Shown in pieces: positions 51,354 to 62,644 of a stretch of 64,000 nucleotides of DNA. Every line of letters begins with the position of its first letter. Positions within the stretch are counted from its first letter, which is position 1. A program made the position numbers and the translations under genes. Origin of the DNA: Candidatus Bathyarchaeota archaeon (GTDB taxonomy: Archaea; Thermoproteota; Bathyarchaeia; Bathyarchaeales; Bathyarchaeaceae); assembly GCA_963697165.1 (NCBI GenBank), contig CAVOMX010000024.1, positions 32,001 to 96,000 on the forward strand. The letters are read 5' to 3'. The notes beneath the pieces were generated by a model, which worked only from the letters and a program-made list of their open reading frames with translations, did not search any database and was not told the DNA's origin.

Positions 51354-51749
51354 TCAACATGCCTGCTTCTTTATTGTGACAACACCGTTCTCTAATCGAA
51401 CAGTGTCGCCCGTCTCTATTTTTGAGATGTCAACCTCGTCAACGCAGGGTATCTCAGAGATTATTGCACCCACAGCAACTACAGTTTCGCACTCACTGTT
51501 TATGATTCCCGCTGGAGCTACCCCGCCCTTCTTCAACCTGTAAAGAGTATAAGACCCAACGGTTGAGCCTTTGCCCGTCGGGAAAACAAGGATTTTGCCT
51601 TTGATTAGCTTTCCCTTCAACTCATGACCCTTTTCCAATATCTCGCTGGTTTCAGGGTCTACTCCGCCATAGAACGAAATCGGCTGACTGGTCGTCAATG
51701 CTTCTCCTTCGACGATTCCCCTATAGACAATTCTTCCTTTCAACTCCAT
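51354..51749 (-). CDS. Phosphomevalonate dehydratase small subunit (AcnX swivel, DUF126)
   Basis: ISFYGGVDP, GKGSTVGS; adjacent to the AcnX large subunit. Confidence 0.88.
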   Translation of the reverse strand: MELKGRIVYRGIVEGEALTTSQPISFYGGVDPETSEILEKGHELKGKLIKGKILVFPTGKGSTVGSYTLYRLKKGGVAPAGIINSECETVVAVGAIISEIPCVDEVDISKIETGDTVRLENGVVTIKKQAC

Positions 51750-52936
51750 TTTCCGCTTACCCCCGCCTCTATACATTCTTCTAGGCTTCCCATCTTGGTC
51801 AACATCTTGTTATGTCGTGAGTAGTAACATCCTTTCGCGGAGGTTGTGGCAACAGTTCTAAACCTTCCCTTCAAAGGAGCTACTGCCATGCAGGTGTCGC
51901 AGGCAAACTTTCCTCCAGCCTTCTCGATCACTTCACTGTAGCCTCTTTTGTCCGCAAGCTGCTTCATGGGTCTTGAGGTTGCTACCCAAAATTCCGTGTT
52001 CGCTGACATCTTCTTGTCTTTTAGCAGGTTCGCTATTTGCGCTATTTCTTTGATGGACGCGTGGGGACAGCCTATACAAACGAAATCGATGTCCTCTGTT
52101 TCATCATTGATTGCTTCATACGCTTCCCGAATATCACAGTCATCGATTGTTATCTTGTCTTTTGGAAGCTGACATTTCTCGGATGAAGGAGTGATTCCTT
52201 TCATATAGAACAGCGGCTTTGAGCCAAAAGTCACCACAGAAGCACAGAAAGTTTTCAACTCATCCAAGCTTGCATCTTTTATGCCCGTGATGTAGGGAAT
52301 CTTGTTTTGCGCCTGATTTCCAACACAGTAACCAAGAGCACCCCAATCCGAAAACTTGGGCAATTTCGCCGTTACTTCCACGTGAGTGTCTGGTACTCTG
52401 TTCTCATCCAAATGAAGACCATAATAGGGCGTTTTGCCAACAAACGCTGCCGCAAGAGCCGAAGGACCGCCTTCCCTGTTTGTTTTCGCTCCAATAACCG
52501 AGTTAGCAAACGTAACCGCCGAAGATTCAGACCAAGCAATGTGCTCTCCAAATCTTGGCAAGTTACCAATCAGGTAGGGCGTGCAGGTGCAGGAGATGAT
52601 TATTCCCATTTTATTGAAAGCATCAATAACCAGATTCTGTTTTTTTGCGAACTCCTCGTCGATTCCGAGGTTTCGCCAGTCTTCCAAATCCATTCCTGCA
52701 GGATTCAGGGTTGTAAGCACTTTGACTTTGCCGTCTTTTGCTAGTTCATTTAGAAACTCTAGTCCGGCATCCCCAAGATTATGGTATGACACACCCGCAA
52801 CCTGAACTGACCCAACTTCTATGAGTTTTTCGGCGCCGTAAATGTTTCCGAGAGCAACCAGTATCTCCATAGACTTTTTTACTGCATAGCCCTCTTCGCC
52901 ATCTAGCATTTTCTCTTCATTTTTTGTCAGATACAT
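51740..52936 (-). CDS. Phosphomevalonate dehydratase large subunit (aconitase X, DUF521)
   Basis: GVSY, TLNP, CTCTPY, WSESSA, GCPH, DTCM. Confidence 0.9.
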   Translation of the reverse strand: MYLTKNEEKMLDGEEGYAVKKSMEILVALGNIYGAEKLIEVGSVQVAGVSYHNLGDAGLEFLNELAKDGKVKVLTTLNPAGMDLEDWRNLGIDEEFAKKQNLVIDAFNKMGIIISCTCTPYLIGNLPRFGEHIAWSESSAVTFANSVIGAKTNREGGPSALAAAFVGKTPYYGLHLDENRVPDTHVEVTAKLPKFSDWGALGYCVGNQAQNKIPYITGIKDASLDELKTFCASVVTFGSKPLFYMKGITPSSEKCQLPKDKITIDDCDIREAYEAINDETEDIDFVCIGCPHASIKEIAQIANLLKDKKMSANTEFWVATSRPMKQLADKRGYSEVIEKAGGKFACDTCMAVAPLKGRFRTVATTSAKGCYYSRHNKMLTKMGSLEECIEAGVSGKWS

Positions 52937-52940
52937 GAGA

Positions 52941-54248
52941 TCACAAGAACTTGCTTAAGTCAACTTTTCGGTAAGTTTCCTTTTTAAATCCTTTTCCCGT
53001 CCCTCTGAGAGGAATTGTCGCGTCCAAGCCCATCTTGCACGTTCTTGCTTTTTTGCCCTCACTCAAATCTCCAGACGGATCAAGCGAAGACCCAGGCTGG
53101 TTTGGAATGATGACCGCGGCTTTGTCTGCTTGGAATCTGGTTGCAAGTGCCCACTCAACATCGTTGCTGTCGTAGATGTTTATGTCATCATCTACAACAA
53201 CACAATGCTTCAACGACTTGTGACCCTCAAAAGCTGCATTAATTGCCTTCTTTCCATCGTCAGGATTTTGTTTAGTTATCTGCACTACCGCGTGGAGCCA
53301 ACTGCAGCCGCCAGTGGTGATGTAAACGTCATTGCATTTGCAGACCTTGTTGACTTCGTTAAAGATGGTGGGCTCCTTAGGCATCCCCATCAATATTTTG
53401 TGTTCGTTTCTTCCTGCAAGAATTGTTTGGTAAATCGGGGTCTTTCTGTGGGTAATACATTTTATTTCTATAACTGGCTGCTGTCTAACCCTGTCAACAA
53501 TCCCTGTAAGATCAAGGAACGGTCCTTCTGAAACAATCTCTTTTGTTATCCGTCCCTCCAGCACGATTTCGCAGTCTCTTGGAACCTCAACATCGATTGT
53601 CTTGCATTTCACCAATTCCGTCTTTTCTAGCACATTCGCCATTCCCAGCTCGTCAACGCCCTTTGGCAATGATGTGGACGCAGCGAGAAGAACAGCTGTG
53701 GAGTTGCCGATACAAATTGCTATGTCAAGTTCGCCCCCCGATTTTTTGAGGGCAGTGTCGGTTCCCCTGTCCTCTACGATTCGAGCCACAAACTTGTTTT
53801 TGCCAATCAGCATCAACCTGTGAAAACACGTGTTTCTGCCAAGCTCAGGATCTTTTACTATGGAGATTGCGGATGGAACATATTTTCCGCCGTCCTTGTC
53901 GGTGTACCTCATTATGGGTAACTTGGTTAAGTCAACGTTTTTTTCAACGATTTCTTGGCATTCTCCCTTCTCTACAACAGTTGAAGCAACAGGGTTTTCT
54001 ATGGCGCTCGACAGCTTTGGCAAAATCTGCTGTATGTTCATGTTCAAGGCTTTGGCAACTAATTCTTTGGAGGAGACCAAACCCGCAACTACGGGCATGC
54101 TGGACTCTTTTACTTTCTCAAAAAAGCAAGGTTTTTCGCCGAGAGCATCAATGATTCCCGCCAGCTCAAGCTCGGTTGAAACCTCTTTTTGTATTCTGGT
54201 TACTTTTCCTTCACGTTCAAGCTGTTCCAAAAAATTTCTAAAACCCAT
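52941..54248 (-). CDS. UbiD-family decarboxylase (probable anhydromevalonate phosphate decarboxylase)
   Basis: HR, EGPF.D..G, EH, VDDDI...VEWA.ATR, KMGLDAT; lies between mvk and acnX. Confidence 0.88.
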   Translation of the reverse strand: MGFRNFLEQLEREGKVTRIQKEVSTELELAGIIDALGEKPCFFEKVKESSMPVVAGLVSSKELVAKALNMNIQQILPKLSSAIENPVASTVVEKGECQEIVEKNVDLTKLPIMRYTDKDGGKYVPSAISIVKDPELGRNTCFHRLMLIGKNKFVARIVEDRGTDTALKKSGGELDIAICIGNSTAVLLAASTSLPKGVDELGMANVLEKTELVKCKTIDVEVPRDCEIVLEGRITKEIVSEGPFLDLTGIVDRVRQQPVIEIKCITHRKTPIYQTILAGRNEHKILMGMPKEPTIFNEVNKVCKCNDVYITTGGCSWLHAVVQITKQNPDDGKKAINAAFEGHKSLKHCVVVDDDINIYDSNDVEWALATRFQADKAAVIIPNQPGSSLDPSGDLSEGKKARTCKMGLDATIPLRGTGKGFKKETYRKVDLSKFL

Positions 54249-54258
54249 TTCTTCTTCC

Positions 54259-55209
54259 TCACCTTTTCTTAACGCCAATTTTTGTTCTTAACACTTCAAA
54301 GCCTTCATTTTCTATGGCTGACGCGACCTTTTCCTGCAGCTCTTTTCCGGGAGTTAAGGCTATCATGCAGCCTCCGCCTCCGCCGCCAGTCATTTTTGCT
54401 CCAAACGCGCCCTGCTTCTCTAGCCAAGTCAACCAAGTAATCTAGTTCTTTGCAGGAGACCTCGATTTCCTGTAGTAAACGATGGTTTTTGTTCATTAAT
54501 TCGCCAACTTTCCTCAGGTCAAAATCTTCCAGAGCCTTCTCTTCCTTTATGCGCCAGATCTTCTGCTTGCTTGAAGATTGCATCATATTTTTCGGGGTTT
54601 TGTCTTCTTTCGTTCACCAACCCCCACAACCATCGCCTTAGTGTTGGCAACTATTCCCGTGTTGCCGATCACAATTTCAACGGGTTCGACGTATGCTTAA
54701 TTGTTCTATCGTGTTTGAGTCTACGCTCAAACTTTTCTTGAACCAAATCAAGCCGCCAAACGTTGCTGCGGTGTTGTCGATGCCTGAAGGGTTTCCCGCA
54801 TACGCCTTCTCCGCTTCATATGCAATGTCATTAATTTTTTCGTCGGACAAATCTAAGTCAAACTCTTCTGCTATAGCTCTGGCAATCGCGACGCTGCTTG
54901 CTGCAGAAGCTCCAAGTCCACTAAATCCGGGTAGGTTTCCGCCTAACCAAATGTCTATGGCGACCGTTTTGGGGTCCATGTTCATTGCTTTTAGCATTCT
55001 TTCGATTGATTCTAGTTGTTGCAGTTTTTTCTTTTCAGCGTAGCCTTTTGCGCCTGTTCTTTCGTCCTGTTACCGTTAATGCCTTTTGCTGCTTTTTTTA
55101 CTTCTGCGTCAGCTGTTGAATCAACTGCTGAAACAATTCCGGGTACACCATGAACAACGAAGTGTTCACCGAACAAAATTGTTTTTCCGAAGCCAGAACC
55201 TCTTCCCAT
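54259..55209 (-). CDS. mvk: Mevalonate kinase (several frameshifts)
   Basis: GKTILFGEHFVVHG, GLGASAA, GNPSGID, MNKNH. Confidence 0.9.
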
Positions 55210-55483
55210 TGGAACCAACCCAGAAGACAATGGAATAGATTAAATAAAATACTTTTAGGTCAACTGTATTTTCCTGAAATTGGTTTTGACACAACATAAT
55301 AATTGGACAGTTCAGACTCGGAATTTACAAGACCCAAAAACTGGACTCTTCACGTAATACCTTTAAATTAAAAAATTTATTCTTCCGAAATCAACTTAAT
55401 TTCGAATTGAGACTATTTTGACGACATATCACTGACCTGAACAACCTTTTTATTCTCAGTGAACAAATGATTACTTGGATTTT

Positions 55484-56483
55484 ATGTCAAACATGATCGA
55501 GGTCAAAGACCTGGTGCTGGTATATTCTAACGGCACTAAAGCGGTAGACAATATTTCATTCAACGTAAAAAAGGGTGAATTTTTCGGATTTTTGGGACCA
55601 AACGGAGCAGGAAAAAGCACAACAATAAAAGTTCTGACAACCTTACTGAAAAAAACCTCAGGTTCGGTATATGTGGCAGGTTACAACCTCGATAAAGATT
55701 CTAAAGAGATACGAAAATTGATTGGTGTTCAAAGCCAAGAAACGGTTGTTGACGGCGACCTAACTGGCAGAGAAAACCTAATGCTTCAAGGACACTTCCA
55801 ACAACTTTCCGGCAAAACCCTAAAAGATCGAGTTGATGAGCTGCTTAAACTAGTAGACCTAGAAAGTTTCGCTGACAAACGCGCAAGAAACTACTCTGGT
55901 GGAATGAAGAAAAGATTAGACCTAGCAACCACTCTAGTTCACAGACCACAACTACTTTTTTTGGATGAACCAACTACTGGACTTGATCCACAATCCCGTT
56001 CAGCTATATGGGAATTACCTTGAAAAATTGAACAAAGAAGAAAAAACCACAATATTCTTGACCACTCAATACATGGAAGAAGCCGACAGACTCTGCAGAC
56101 AACTCGCAATTATCGACACCGGAAAAATAGTGGCCAGCGGTTCCCCAGCAGAATTAAAGCAACAGTTAGGAGTGGACTCAATCAAAATTATACTAAAAGA
56201 CTGCACCAAAGACAAAACAAAAGCCATCGATCTTCTCAAGAGCTTGACTGGAGTAACAAATATTTCTGAATCAGGTGACTGTTTAACAGCTTTTGCAAAA
56301 AACGCCAGTCAACTAATCGCAGATATCGTTAGAGCCCTCGATAGCCTTGAGATAAGACTGTCTGGGATAAGCTTTTCATCACCCACTCTTGACGACGTAT
56401 ATCTTCAAAAGACTGGAAAAAGAATAAGAACAGAAGAACTAGTAAAAACGCCAAGCACAACCTTTGGCGCAAGGAGAAGATGA
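55484..56483 (+). CDS. ABC-2 (DrrA-like) transporter ATP-binding subunit (frameshifted)
   Basis: GPNGAGKST, YSGGM, LDEPTTGLDP, LTTQYMEEAD. Confidence 0.9.
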
Positions 56484-57256
56484 GAAAAATGACATTATTA
56501 TCTGATACAAGATATCTCTTTGTGAGATATCTAAAAAAACTTATTCGAAATCCTATACTCCTCTTCTTCTCACTAGTCCAGCCAATAATCTTCTTAGTTC
56601 TCTTCACTCAACTTTTTGAAAGATTCGCAAACGTACCAGGGTTTCCTGCAGAAAGCTACCTTATCTTTGCCACTCCAGGAATCCTACTACAAAACGCCTT
56701 CGGCAGCGCTCTACAATCCGGAAACTCAATCGTTTCCGATATGGACACTGGATACTTACAGAAAATGTTAGTTACACCAGTTAGCCGATACGCCATACTC
56801 CTTGGAAGATTAACAAGCGACGCTTTCCGAGTGTTGATTCAATCAACTATCATACTAATTTTAGCTTTCATAATCGGTGCTACTCCAGTCACCGGAATAG
56901 CCGGTGTGCTACTCATGCTTTTAACAATCGCATTTTTCGGGCTAGCATGGTCAGGAATCTCTCTTGCCATAGGTCTAAAAACTAGAAGCTCTGAAACAGT
57001 ATTTGCATTCGGCTCATTTCTCACTTTTCCACTATTATTCATGAGTACATCCTTAACGCCTCTAGATTTTATGCCTGACTGGATTAAAACAGTTTCAATG
57101 TTCAACCCAATAAGCTACACAGTAGACGCAGTCAGAGTCCTAATGATAGACGGATTCGTATGGAATACCATTCTTTCAGCCTATTTTGTTATCGGACTTA
57201 TTGCACTCATAACTTTAGGATCCACTTTGTACCTGTTTAGAAAAGTAGTAAGCTGA
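56480..57256 (+). CDS. ABC-2 type permease
   Basis: LVQP, PGI, LVTPVSR, NPISY; 6 TM helices. Confidence 0.9.
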   Translation: MRKMTLLSDTRYLFVRYLKKLIRNPILLFFSLVQPIIFLVLFTQLFERFANVPGFPAESYLIFATPGILLQNAFGSALQSGNSIVSDMDTGYLQKMLVTPVSRYAILLGRLTSDAFRVLIQSTIILILAFIIGATPVTGIAGVLLMLLTIAFFGLAWSGISLAIGLKTRSSETVFAFGSFLTFPLLFMSTSLTPLDFMPDWIKTVSMFNPISYTVDAVRVLMIDGFVWNTILSAYFVIGLIALITLGSTLYLFRKVVS

Positions 57257-57287
57257 TTCAAAAATTGTGAACCAAAATTCATTTAGG

Positions 57288-58143
57288 TTAACATTTTTTC
57301 GTAAATGCGATTGCTGCGTAGCCGACTACTGCGGAACGGTCACCTAGAATGTCGCCGCTTGTTTGGTAGCTTAATAACTGTGCCTTTTTGGCTCCACAGC
57401 TCTTTTGATGCTGTGATGGCAGCGATGGTGGGACCGTAACCGCAAGTGGATATCCCATAAGCTTCTACAGTATTGTAGTATCTTTCTTCATCCATTTTAA
57501 GGGTAGCATCTATCGCCATTTTGTCCTTCTTTTCAGCTCTTTCCTGTGGCTCATAATGGGTCAAATCAGAGGATGCGATAACCAACGCGTTCTTGCCCTT
57601 CAAGGCTGAGGAAACAGCTTTTCCCACTTCACGGCTGGACTCTAAATCTTGCATCATAAAACAGACAGGAACAAACTTGAAGTCTGAACCATACAAATAC
57701 TGAAGGAAAGGCAACTGCAACTCAATAGAATGCTCGTAAGCATGTGCGCTCTCGTCCACATCGATGATGCTAGATGCCTGCAGAATCTTGTTGGCGGTTT
57801 CGGTGTCGATCTCCACGTCGCCTAGGGGAGTACGCCATGCACCCTCATTCATAACTGAAAGGGCGCTTCCGTGTCCAGTATGATTGGGACCAAAAATCAC
57901 TATAACGTCGGGTTTTCCATCCTTCGCAAGATGATAATAGGCGTGAGCGGCTACAGGACCAGAAGCTACGTATCCTGCATGGGGAACAACAAGCCCAACA
58001 AGGCTCCGTGGGCCCTCCCTTACGACTTGGGGAAGGTTTCCGGGTCCTAGCCTGTGAATAAAAAGTTCTTCTATCTGCTTTCGTAAACTGTTGGGGGTAC
58101 CAGCGTACCATGAACCTGCTACTGCTGGGTACCTGATTTTCAA
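57288..58143 (-). CDS. MEMO1 family protein (AmmeMemoRadiSam protein B; 3' frameshift)
   Basis: RYPAVAGSWY, PHAGY, GPNH, EHSIE, SSDLTHY, CG; tail VVGYAAI in the alternative frame. Confidence 0.92.
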
Positions 58144-58817
58144 TCCTCTTCTATTTCCCCTCTTTCCCTTGTCAGCTTTATTTCGAAGTCTTCGATAGAC
58201 TGACTTAGGTCTCCGTCTGCGGGAATTTCGCCTCTCTCGCGTAGTATCTGTCTAGCTAGAAGCCAATAGATTACTGCCAATGCGCGTCTTCCCTTGTTGT
58301 TGGTGGGTATAACCAAGTCTACAAAGGAAAAGTCATTGTCTGTGCTGCAGAGTCCTATAACTGGAATTCCGATGTTTGCTGATTCTTTTACAGCTTGCAC
58401 ATCAGCTTTGGGATCAGACACTATTATCACGCTAGGTTCGAAGCGGTTTGGGTAAAGCGGGTTTGAAAGCATTCCAGGGATGAACCGTCCAACTATCGAG
58501 GTTGCTCCAATTACTTCACAGAATTTCTCTGCAGGAGACTGACCATATAGTCGTCCAGCTACAACCGCTATCTTTGAAGGTTCAAATCGGGCTAGAAACT
58601 TGGCGGCAACTCGTATGCGTTCGTCTGTTTTCTTAACATCCAAAACGAACAGACCGTCAGCTCTAACTCTGTATATGAACTGTTCCATGTCTTTTGTTCT
58701 CATTCTTGTTCCTATATGAACCCCCGCGGACAACAGTGTATCCTGAGGTAACAGCAGCTCTTCTTCGCTGTATGTTTCCATGTTTTCTTCACTTTCGGAC
58801 AAAATTTTTTCCTCCAA
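58140..58817 (-). CDS. rps2: 30S ribosomal protein S2
   Basis: AGVHIGT, GRFIPG, IPTNNKG. Confidence 0.96.
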   Translation of the reverse strand: MEEKILSESEENMETYSEEELLLPQDTLLSAGVHIGTRMRTKDMEQFIYRVRADGLFVLDVKKTDERIRVAAKFLARFEPSKIAVVAGRLYGQSPAEKFCEVIGATSIVGRFIPGMLSNPLYPNRFEPSVIIVSDPKADVQAVKESANIGIPVIGLCSTDNDFSFVDLVIPTNNKGRRALAVIYWLLARQILRERGEIPADGDLSQSIEDFEIKLTRERGEIEED

Positions 58818-60062
58818 CTATAATCTTGACATTTGTGCTCTATTTCCAAGATTTTCCTCTATTCTAATCAGCTCGTTTATTTTAGCCACTCGCTCTCCAT
58901 TTAACACGCCCGTCTTGATGATCGGACAAGAGAAACCAACGGCTAAGTGAGCTATATGTGTATCAGTTGTTTCGCCAGAACGATGGGACATAACTGGAAC
59001 GTATCCAGCTCTTTTCGCCAACCGCGTAGTCTCCCACGCATCTGTGAGTGTGCCAACCTGATTAATTTTTATGATAAGAGAATTTCCAGCGCACATTTCA
59101 ATTCCCTTATTTAGCCTCTCGCGGTTTGTAACAAACAAGTCGTCACCGCAGATTAGACACTTCTTAGCTTTCTTTGTAAGTTCGGCAAAGCTTTCGTAGT
59201 CGTTCTCATCGAAGGGGTCTTCAACATAAGCCAGATTATACTCTTCAATGAGATGCAACATAAACTCTAGTTGCTCGCCAGAACCTCGCTTTTTTCCTTC
59301 CATCGAATAAACATAAACATTATCTTTTTGGTTCCAGAAACTGGAAGCAGCAACATCAAGGCATGCCCTGCATTCGATGTCCAGATCTTCTGAAACTTCT
59401 TCACAGGCTTTAGCGACTATTTTCAAAGCTTCTTCATTTTCTATGTTGGGGGCCCAAGCTCCCTCGTCGCCTCTTCCACCTGTAAAGTTTTTATCAGCCT
59501 TTCTGAGCAAAGCGCCAATCTTTTGATGTACCATAATGTTGGCTTTCGCCGCCTCTGCAAAGCTGGGTGCCTTAAACGGGATAACCAGATATTCTTGGAT
59601 GTCTGTTGTCTTTCCAAGAGCATGTTTTCCTCCGCCCAACACGTTTCCAAGAGGATACGGAAGCTCGTTTCCGAGGTATCCAGACAAATACTGAAACAGA
59701 GGCAAATCATAGGATGTTGCGGCTGCCTCTGCATTAGCAACGGATATTGCGAAGACAGTGTTTCCTCCAACCTTGCTGAAGTTTTCTGTTTCATCGATTT
59801 CGTGAAGAAGAGCATCAATCTCGTTTTGTTCTTCAGCCTCCATGCCTATAAGCTCAGGGACAACAAGCTCTTCCAAAGTCTTTATAGCCGCGTCAACTCC
59901 GCCTTTGGGATAGGAAACCACCTCTGCTTTGCCTTTACTAGCTCCGGCGGGAGCAGCGGCTCTTCCAAATCCATCAGTGGTTATGATGTCAACTTCAATT
60001 GTTTCCTGTCCTCTGCTATTGAAAAGTTTTCGCGCCATAACATCTTCTATGACAGATGACAT
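58818..60062 (-). CDS. eno: Enolase
   Basis: SRG, GAS.G, GDEG, EDPF, GDDL, SHRSGET. Confidence 0.95.
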   Translation of the reverse strand: MSSVIEDVMARKLFNSRGQETIEVDIITTDGFGRAAAPAGASKGKAEVVSYPKGGVDAAIKTLEELVVPELIGMEAEEQNEIDALLHEIDETENFSKVGGNTVFAISVANAEAAATSYDLPLFQYLSGYLGNELPYPLGNVLGGGKHALGKTTDIQEYLVIPFKAPSFAEAAKANIMVHQKIGALLRKADKNFTGGRGDEGAWAPNIENEEALKIVAKACEEVSEDLDIECRACLDVAASSFWNQKDNVYVYSMEGKKRGSGEQLEFMLHLIEEYNLAYVEDPFDENDYESFAELTKKAKKCLICGDDLFVTNRERLNKGIEMCAGNSLIIKINQVGTLTDAWETTRLAKRAGYVPVMSHRSGETTDTHIAHLAVGFSCPIIKTGVLNGERVAKINELIRIEENLGNRAQMSRL

Positions 60063-60074
60063 GCTTGTTCACCG

Positions 60075-60302
60075 CTAAAATGGTTGAGGGCGGTTTGTTT
60101 TCCCTTTTTCTCCGTAAAACCTTAGGATGCTGTCAGTAATTTCTATGTGACCCAGAATCATTCGGCGGCAGCAATATCTGGTTACACCTAAACTGTCCAG
60201 AACCTTTTTTGCGTCTTCTCCAGCTTTTACCCTGCTGGTGAACTCTTCCCATTTGTCACTTACCACTTTGCCACATGTAAAACAACGAACTGGGATGATA
60301 AT
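60075..60302 (-). CDS. rpoN: RNA polymerase subunit Rpo10 (N)
   Basis: (I)[11 protein letters not shown]...RYCCRR. The first codon reads ATT and SD AGGAGG lies upstream. Confidence 0.93.
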   Translation of the reverse strand: MIIPVRCFTCGKVVSDKWEEFTSRVKAGEDAKKVLDSLGVTRYCCRRMILGHIEITDSILRFYGEKGKTNRPQPF

Positions 60303-60442
60303 TTCAATTCGACCTCCTATACATAACTATGACCTTCAGGTTGTTTCGAGCATTCAATTCCTACTTATACATTTCGGCGTCAATTCATTTAGGCTAGTTG
60401 ACGCCTTTGGCTACTAATATGCCCCTTATTGTTTGGGCATGC

Positions 60443-60856
60443 TTACCTGTAGCTTTTTTGATCCCTAGCCCTAGCTCCGGGTCCTCCGAACTTTTTAGGT
60501 TCGCTTCTTCTAGGATCACCGGCAATCATTGTTCGATCGTAATCTTTAAGTGTGGTACGAAGTCGGGTGCTTTTTGTCCACTTCAGTAGACCTTTAGCTA
60601 TTGCCATACGCGAAGCTTCAGCCTGTCCCATGAAACCCCCTCCAGCCACAGTGACGTTGATGTCAAGTTGGTTCCAAACTTTGTCTTCTGTCAATAATAG
60701 GGGTTCTAGAATTTTGTCTCGAGCGATTTTGGGTTCAAAAATCTCTAAAGGTACGTTGTTTATTCTGACTCTTCCCTTTCCAAGTCTGACTGTAGCTCTT
60801 GCTATTGCGGTTTTCCGCTTTCCACTTATTACCATGACTTTCTTTGTTTTAGACAT
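60443..60856 (-). CDS. rps9: 30S ribosomal protein S9
   Basis: [21 protein letters not shown]. Confidence 0.96.
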   Translation of the reverse strand: MSKTKKVMVISGKRKTAIARATVRLGKGRVRINNVPLEIFEPKIARDKILEPLLLTEDKVWNQLDINVTVAGGGFMGQAEASRMAIAKGLLKWTKSTRLRTTLKDYDRTMIAGDPRRSEPKKFGGPGARARDQKSYR

Positions 60857-60857
60857 G

Positions 60858-61301
60858 CTATTCAACCTCTGGGGTCCATCCGCCGACTTCTTTAGCCAAT
60901 TCACCCACGGTTATATAAGGTGATTTTAATTTATCTGCGCTGGCTTCAATGATTGTCTGGACTTTTTTGTCCACAAATTCCACTGGAATACCTAGATGCA
61001 CTCTAAGTCTCTTGTAAGCCAACTTACCTTTCGGTTTCTGCCGAGGAAGCATACCCCGAACCGTTCTACTAACAATTCTGTCAGGTCTTCTAGGATGATA
61101 AGGTCCCTTTCTTGGATGACCAACCTCGAGGAACGTTTTAGCTTCATCAACTATTTGCTTCCTCTTGCCTGAAATGGCTGCTTTTTCAGCATTTAAAATG
61201 ATTACTGTCTCGCCTAGGAGAAGACGTTTGGCTACATTACTCGCCAATCGTCCAAGAATTAACCCCTTGGCGTCTATAATTGTGGTGTTATTAGAAGACA
61301 T
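60858..61301 (-). CDS. rpl13: 50S ribosomal protein L13
   Basis: [15 protein letters not shown]. Confidence 0.96.
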   Translation of the reverse strand: MSSNNTTIIDAKGLILGRLASNVAKRLLLGETVIILNAEKAAISGKRKQIVDEAKTFLEVGHPRKGPYHPRRPDRIVSRTVRGMLPRQKPKGKLAYKRLRVHLGIPVEFVDKKVQTIIEASADKLKSPYITVGELAKEVGGWTPEVE

Positions 61302-61307
61302 CCCAGT

Positions 61308-61671
61308 TTACCCCATAAGTTTCACGTTTTTGCCTGTTGGGTTCTTTTTCATCAAGTCTCTGATAGATAAACAGTTTCCCTTACCCTTCAGAATCTTTGA
61401 TTTCGCCATATCAGAAAAGGCGAATGCTGCTACTGTCAAGGGATGATCTGCTTTTCCGGCGCCTAGAACTTTGCCCGGAACAACTACTGTTTCTCCCTCT
61501 TTCGTGTGTCGGTTCAAACGGCTTACGTTTACGGCTACACGGCTTCTTTTTGAACTTGCCAAACGTTCTGCTAAATTGCGCCATAATTCAGTTTGGCTTT
61601 CTTGTGATTTTTTCTTCAAATCTCGAATGAGCGACAATAAGCTCCGGATTAGTTGCCTTTATTTTCTTCAC
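61308..61671 (-). CDS. rpl18e: 50S ribosomal protein L18e (5' frameshift)
   Basis: TNP, VNVSRL, VVPGKVLG. Confidence 0.94.
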
Positions 61672-61673
61672 TT

Positions 61674-62489
61674 CTACTTACCCTTTTTCAGTTGATCGGA
61701 AAAATCCTTGACTTTTTTGTCAAAGATTTTGATAGCTTCAAAAACAATTCGTTCTACTGGAAGTGCTCCAGTAGACTCGATTTTAAAGATAAACGCTTTC
61801 TTGTCCCAAGATATTTCGACTGCTGGCTGATCTTGGGGGCAAGCGTCTGTACAGTCCATACAGAGTGTGCACTCAATTTCTTTCTGAGTTTTTATCCCTT
61901 CATCCGTGTCGATGAGACACTCTTCGGGACAGACTTTAACGCATTTGCCGCATGCATCACAGAGTTTAGAGTCTACCTTGATTTCTGGGAGATACATGTA
62001 AGTGCACATGGAGACTGGCTGCCATTTCGCGTGTTTCTTTCCTTTTCCCAGTCGAGCATATGCTTCCAATTTTATTCGCTGATCAGGAGCCAGTTTTGCT
62101 ATCGGAATCTTGTCGCTGACTGGGACTATGTCGGGGTTCTCTGGTTTCATATCTCCTGAATAAACTGTCATCGTTTTGTCTTCGGCTTCTGCTTCCAGTG
62201 TCAGATTTGATCGACAAATACTGCATCCGAACTCGCTTTCGCATTTACAGTCTTCAGGAAGGCTGTAAGAATCCAGGTCTGTTTTGAGTGGAATTAATCC
62301 CATCCGGTGTGCGAGAATCTCGTCGTGAAGAATTGAAGAGTTTTCGAGGATAACAATTTCGTCTATAGCCATTGTGGGTACTTCGGTGAGCATAATTCGT
62401 CGTAACGCATTTACAAAAGGCGTATCGACTCCGCTAACAATGAATCGCATAAATTCATCGCTTTTTTCAAGTATCTGAATATCTACCAC
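61674..62489 (-). CDS. rpoD: RNA polymerase subunit Rpo3 (D) with ferredoxin-like insert
   Basis: NALRR, LAHRMGLIP, HAKWQP; two CxxCxxCxxxCP motifs. Confidence 0.96.
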   Translation of the reverse strand: MVDIQILEKSDEFMRFIVSGVDTPFVNALRRIMLTEVPTMAIDEIVILENSSILHDEILAHRMGLIPLKTDLDSYSLPEDCKCESEFGCSICRSNLTLEAEAEDKTMTVYSGDMKPENPDIVPVSDKIPIAKLAPDQRIKLEAYARLGKGKKHAKWQPVSMCTYMYLPEIKVDSKLCDACGKCVKVCPEECLIDTDEGIKTQKEIECTLCMDCTDACPQDQPAVEISWDKKAFIFKIESTGALPVERIVFEAIKIFDKKVKDFSDQLKKGK

Positions 62490-62644
62490 ATTTAAGCCTC
62501 TTTGTAATAGTGCGTTTAAATCTCGTGCTTTTCAAAGAGAGCGAAAGGGCTTATTTCAATATTTTGGTTGTTAGGGAAAGCCGATTGATTATTTTCTTCG
62601 GCTTTTTTCCTCTGTTTCACACAATTAGTAATAAAAAAAGAAAA

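Noticed and set aside
61674..62489. Fe-S and Zn motifs in Rpo3 as a novelty
   Set aside because: Ferredoxin-like inserts in archaeal RpoD are already described.
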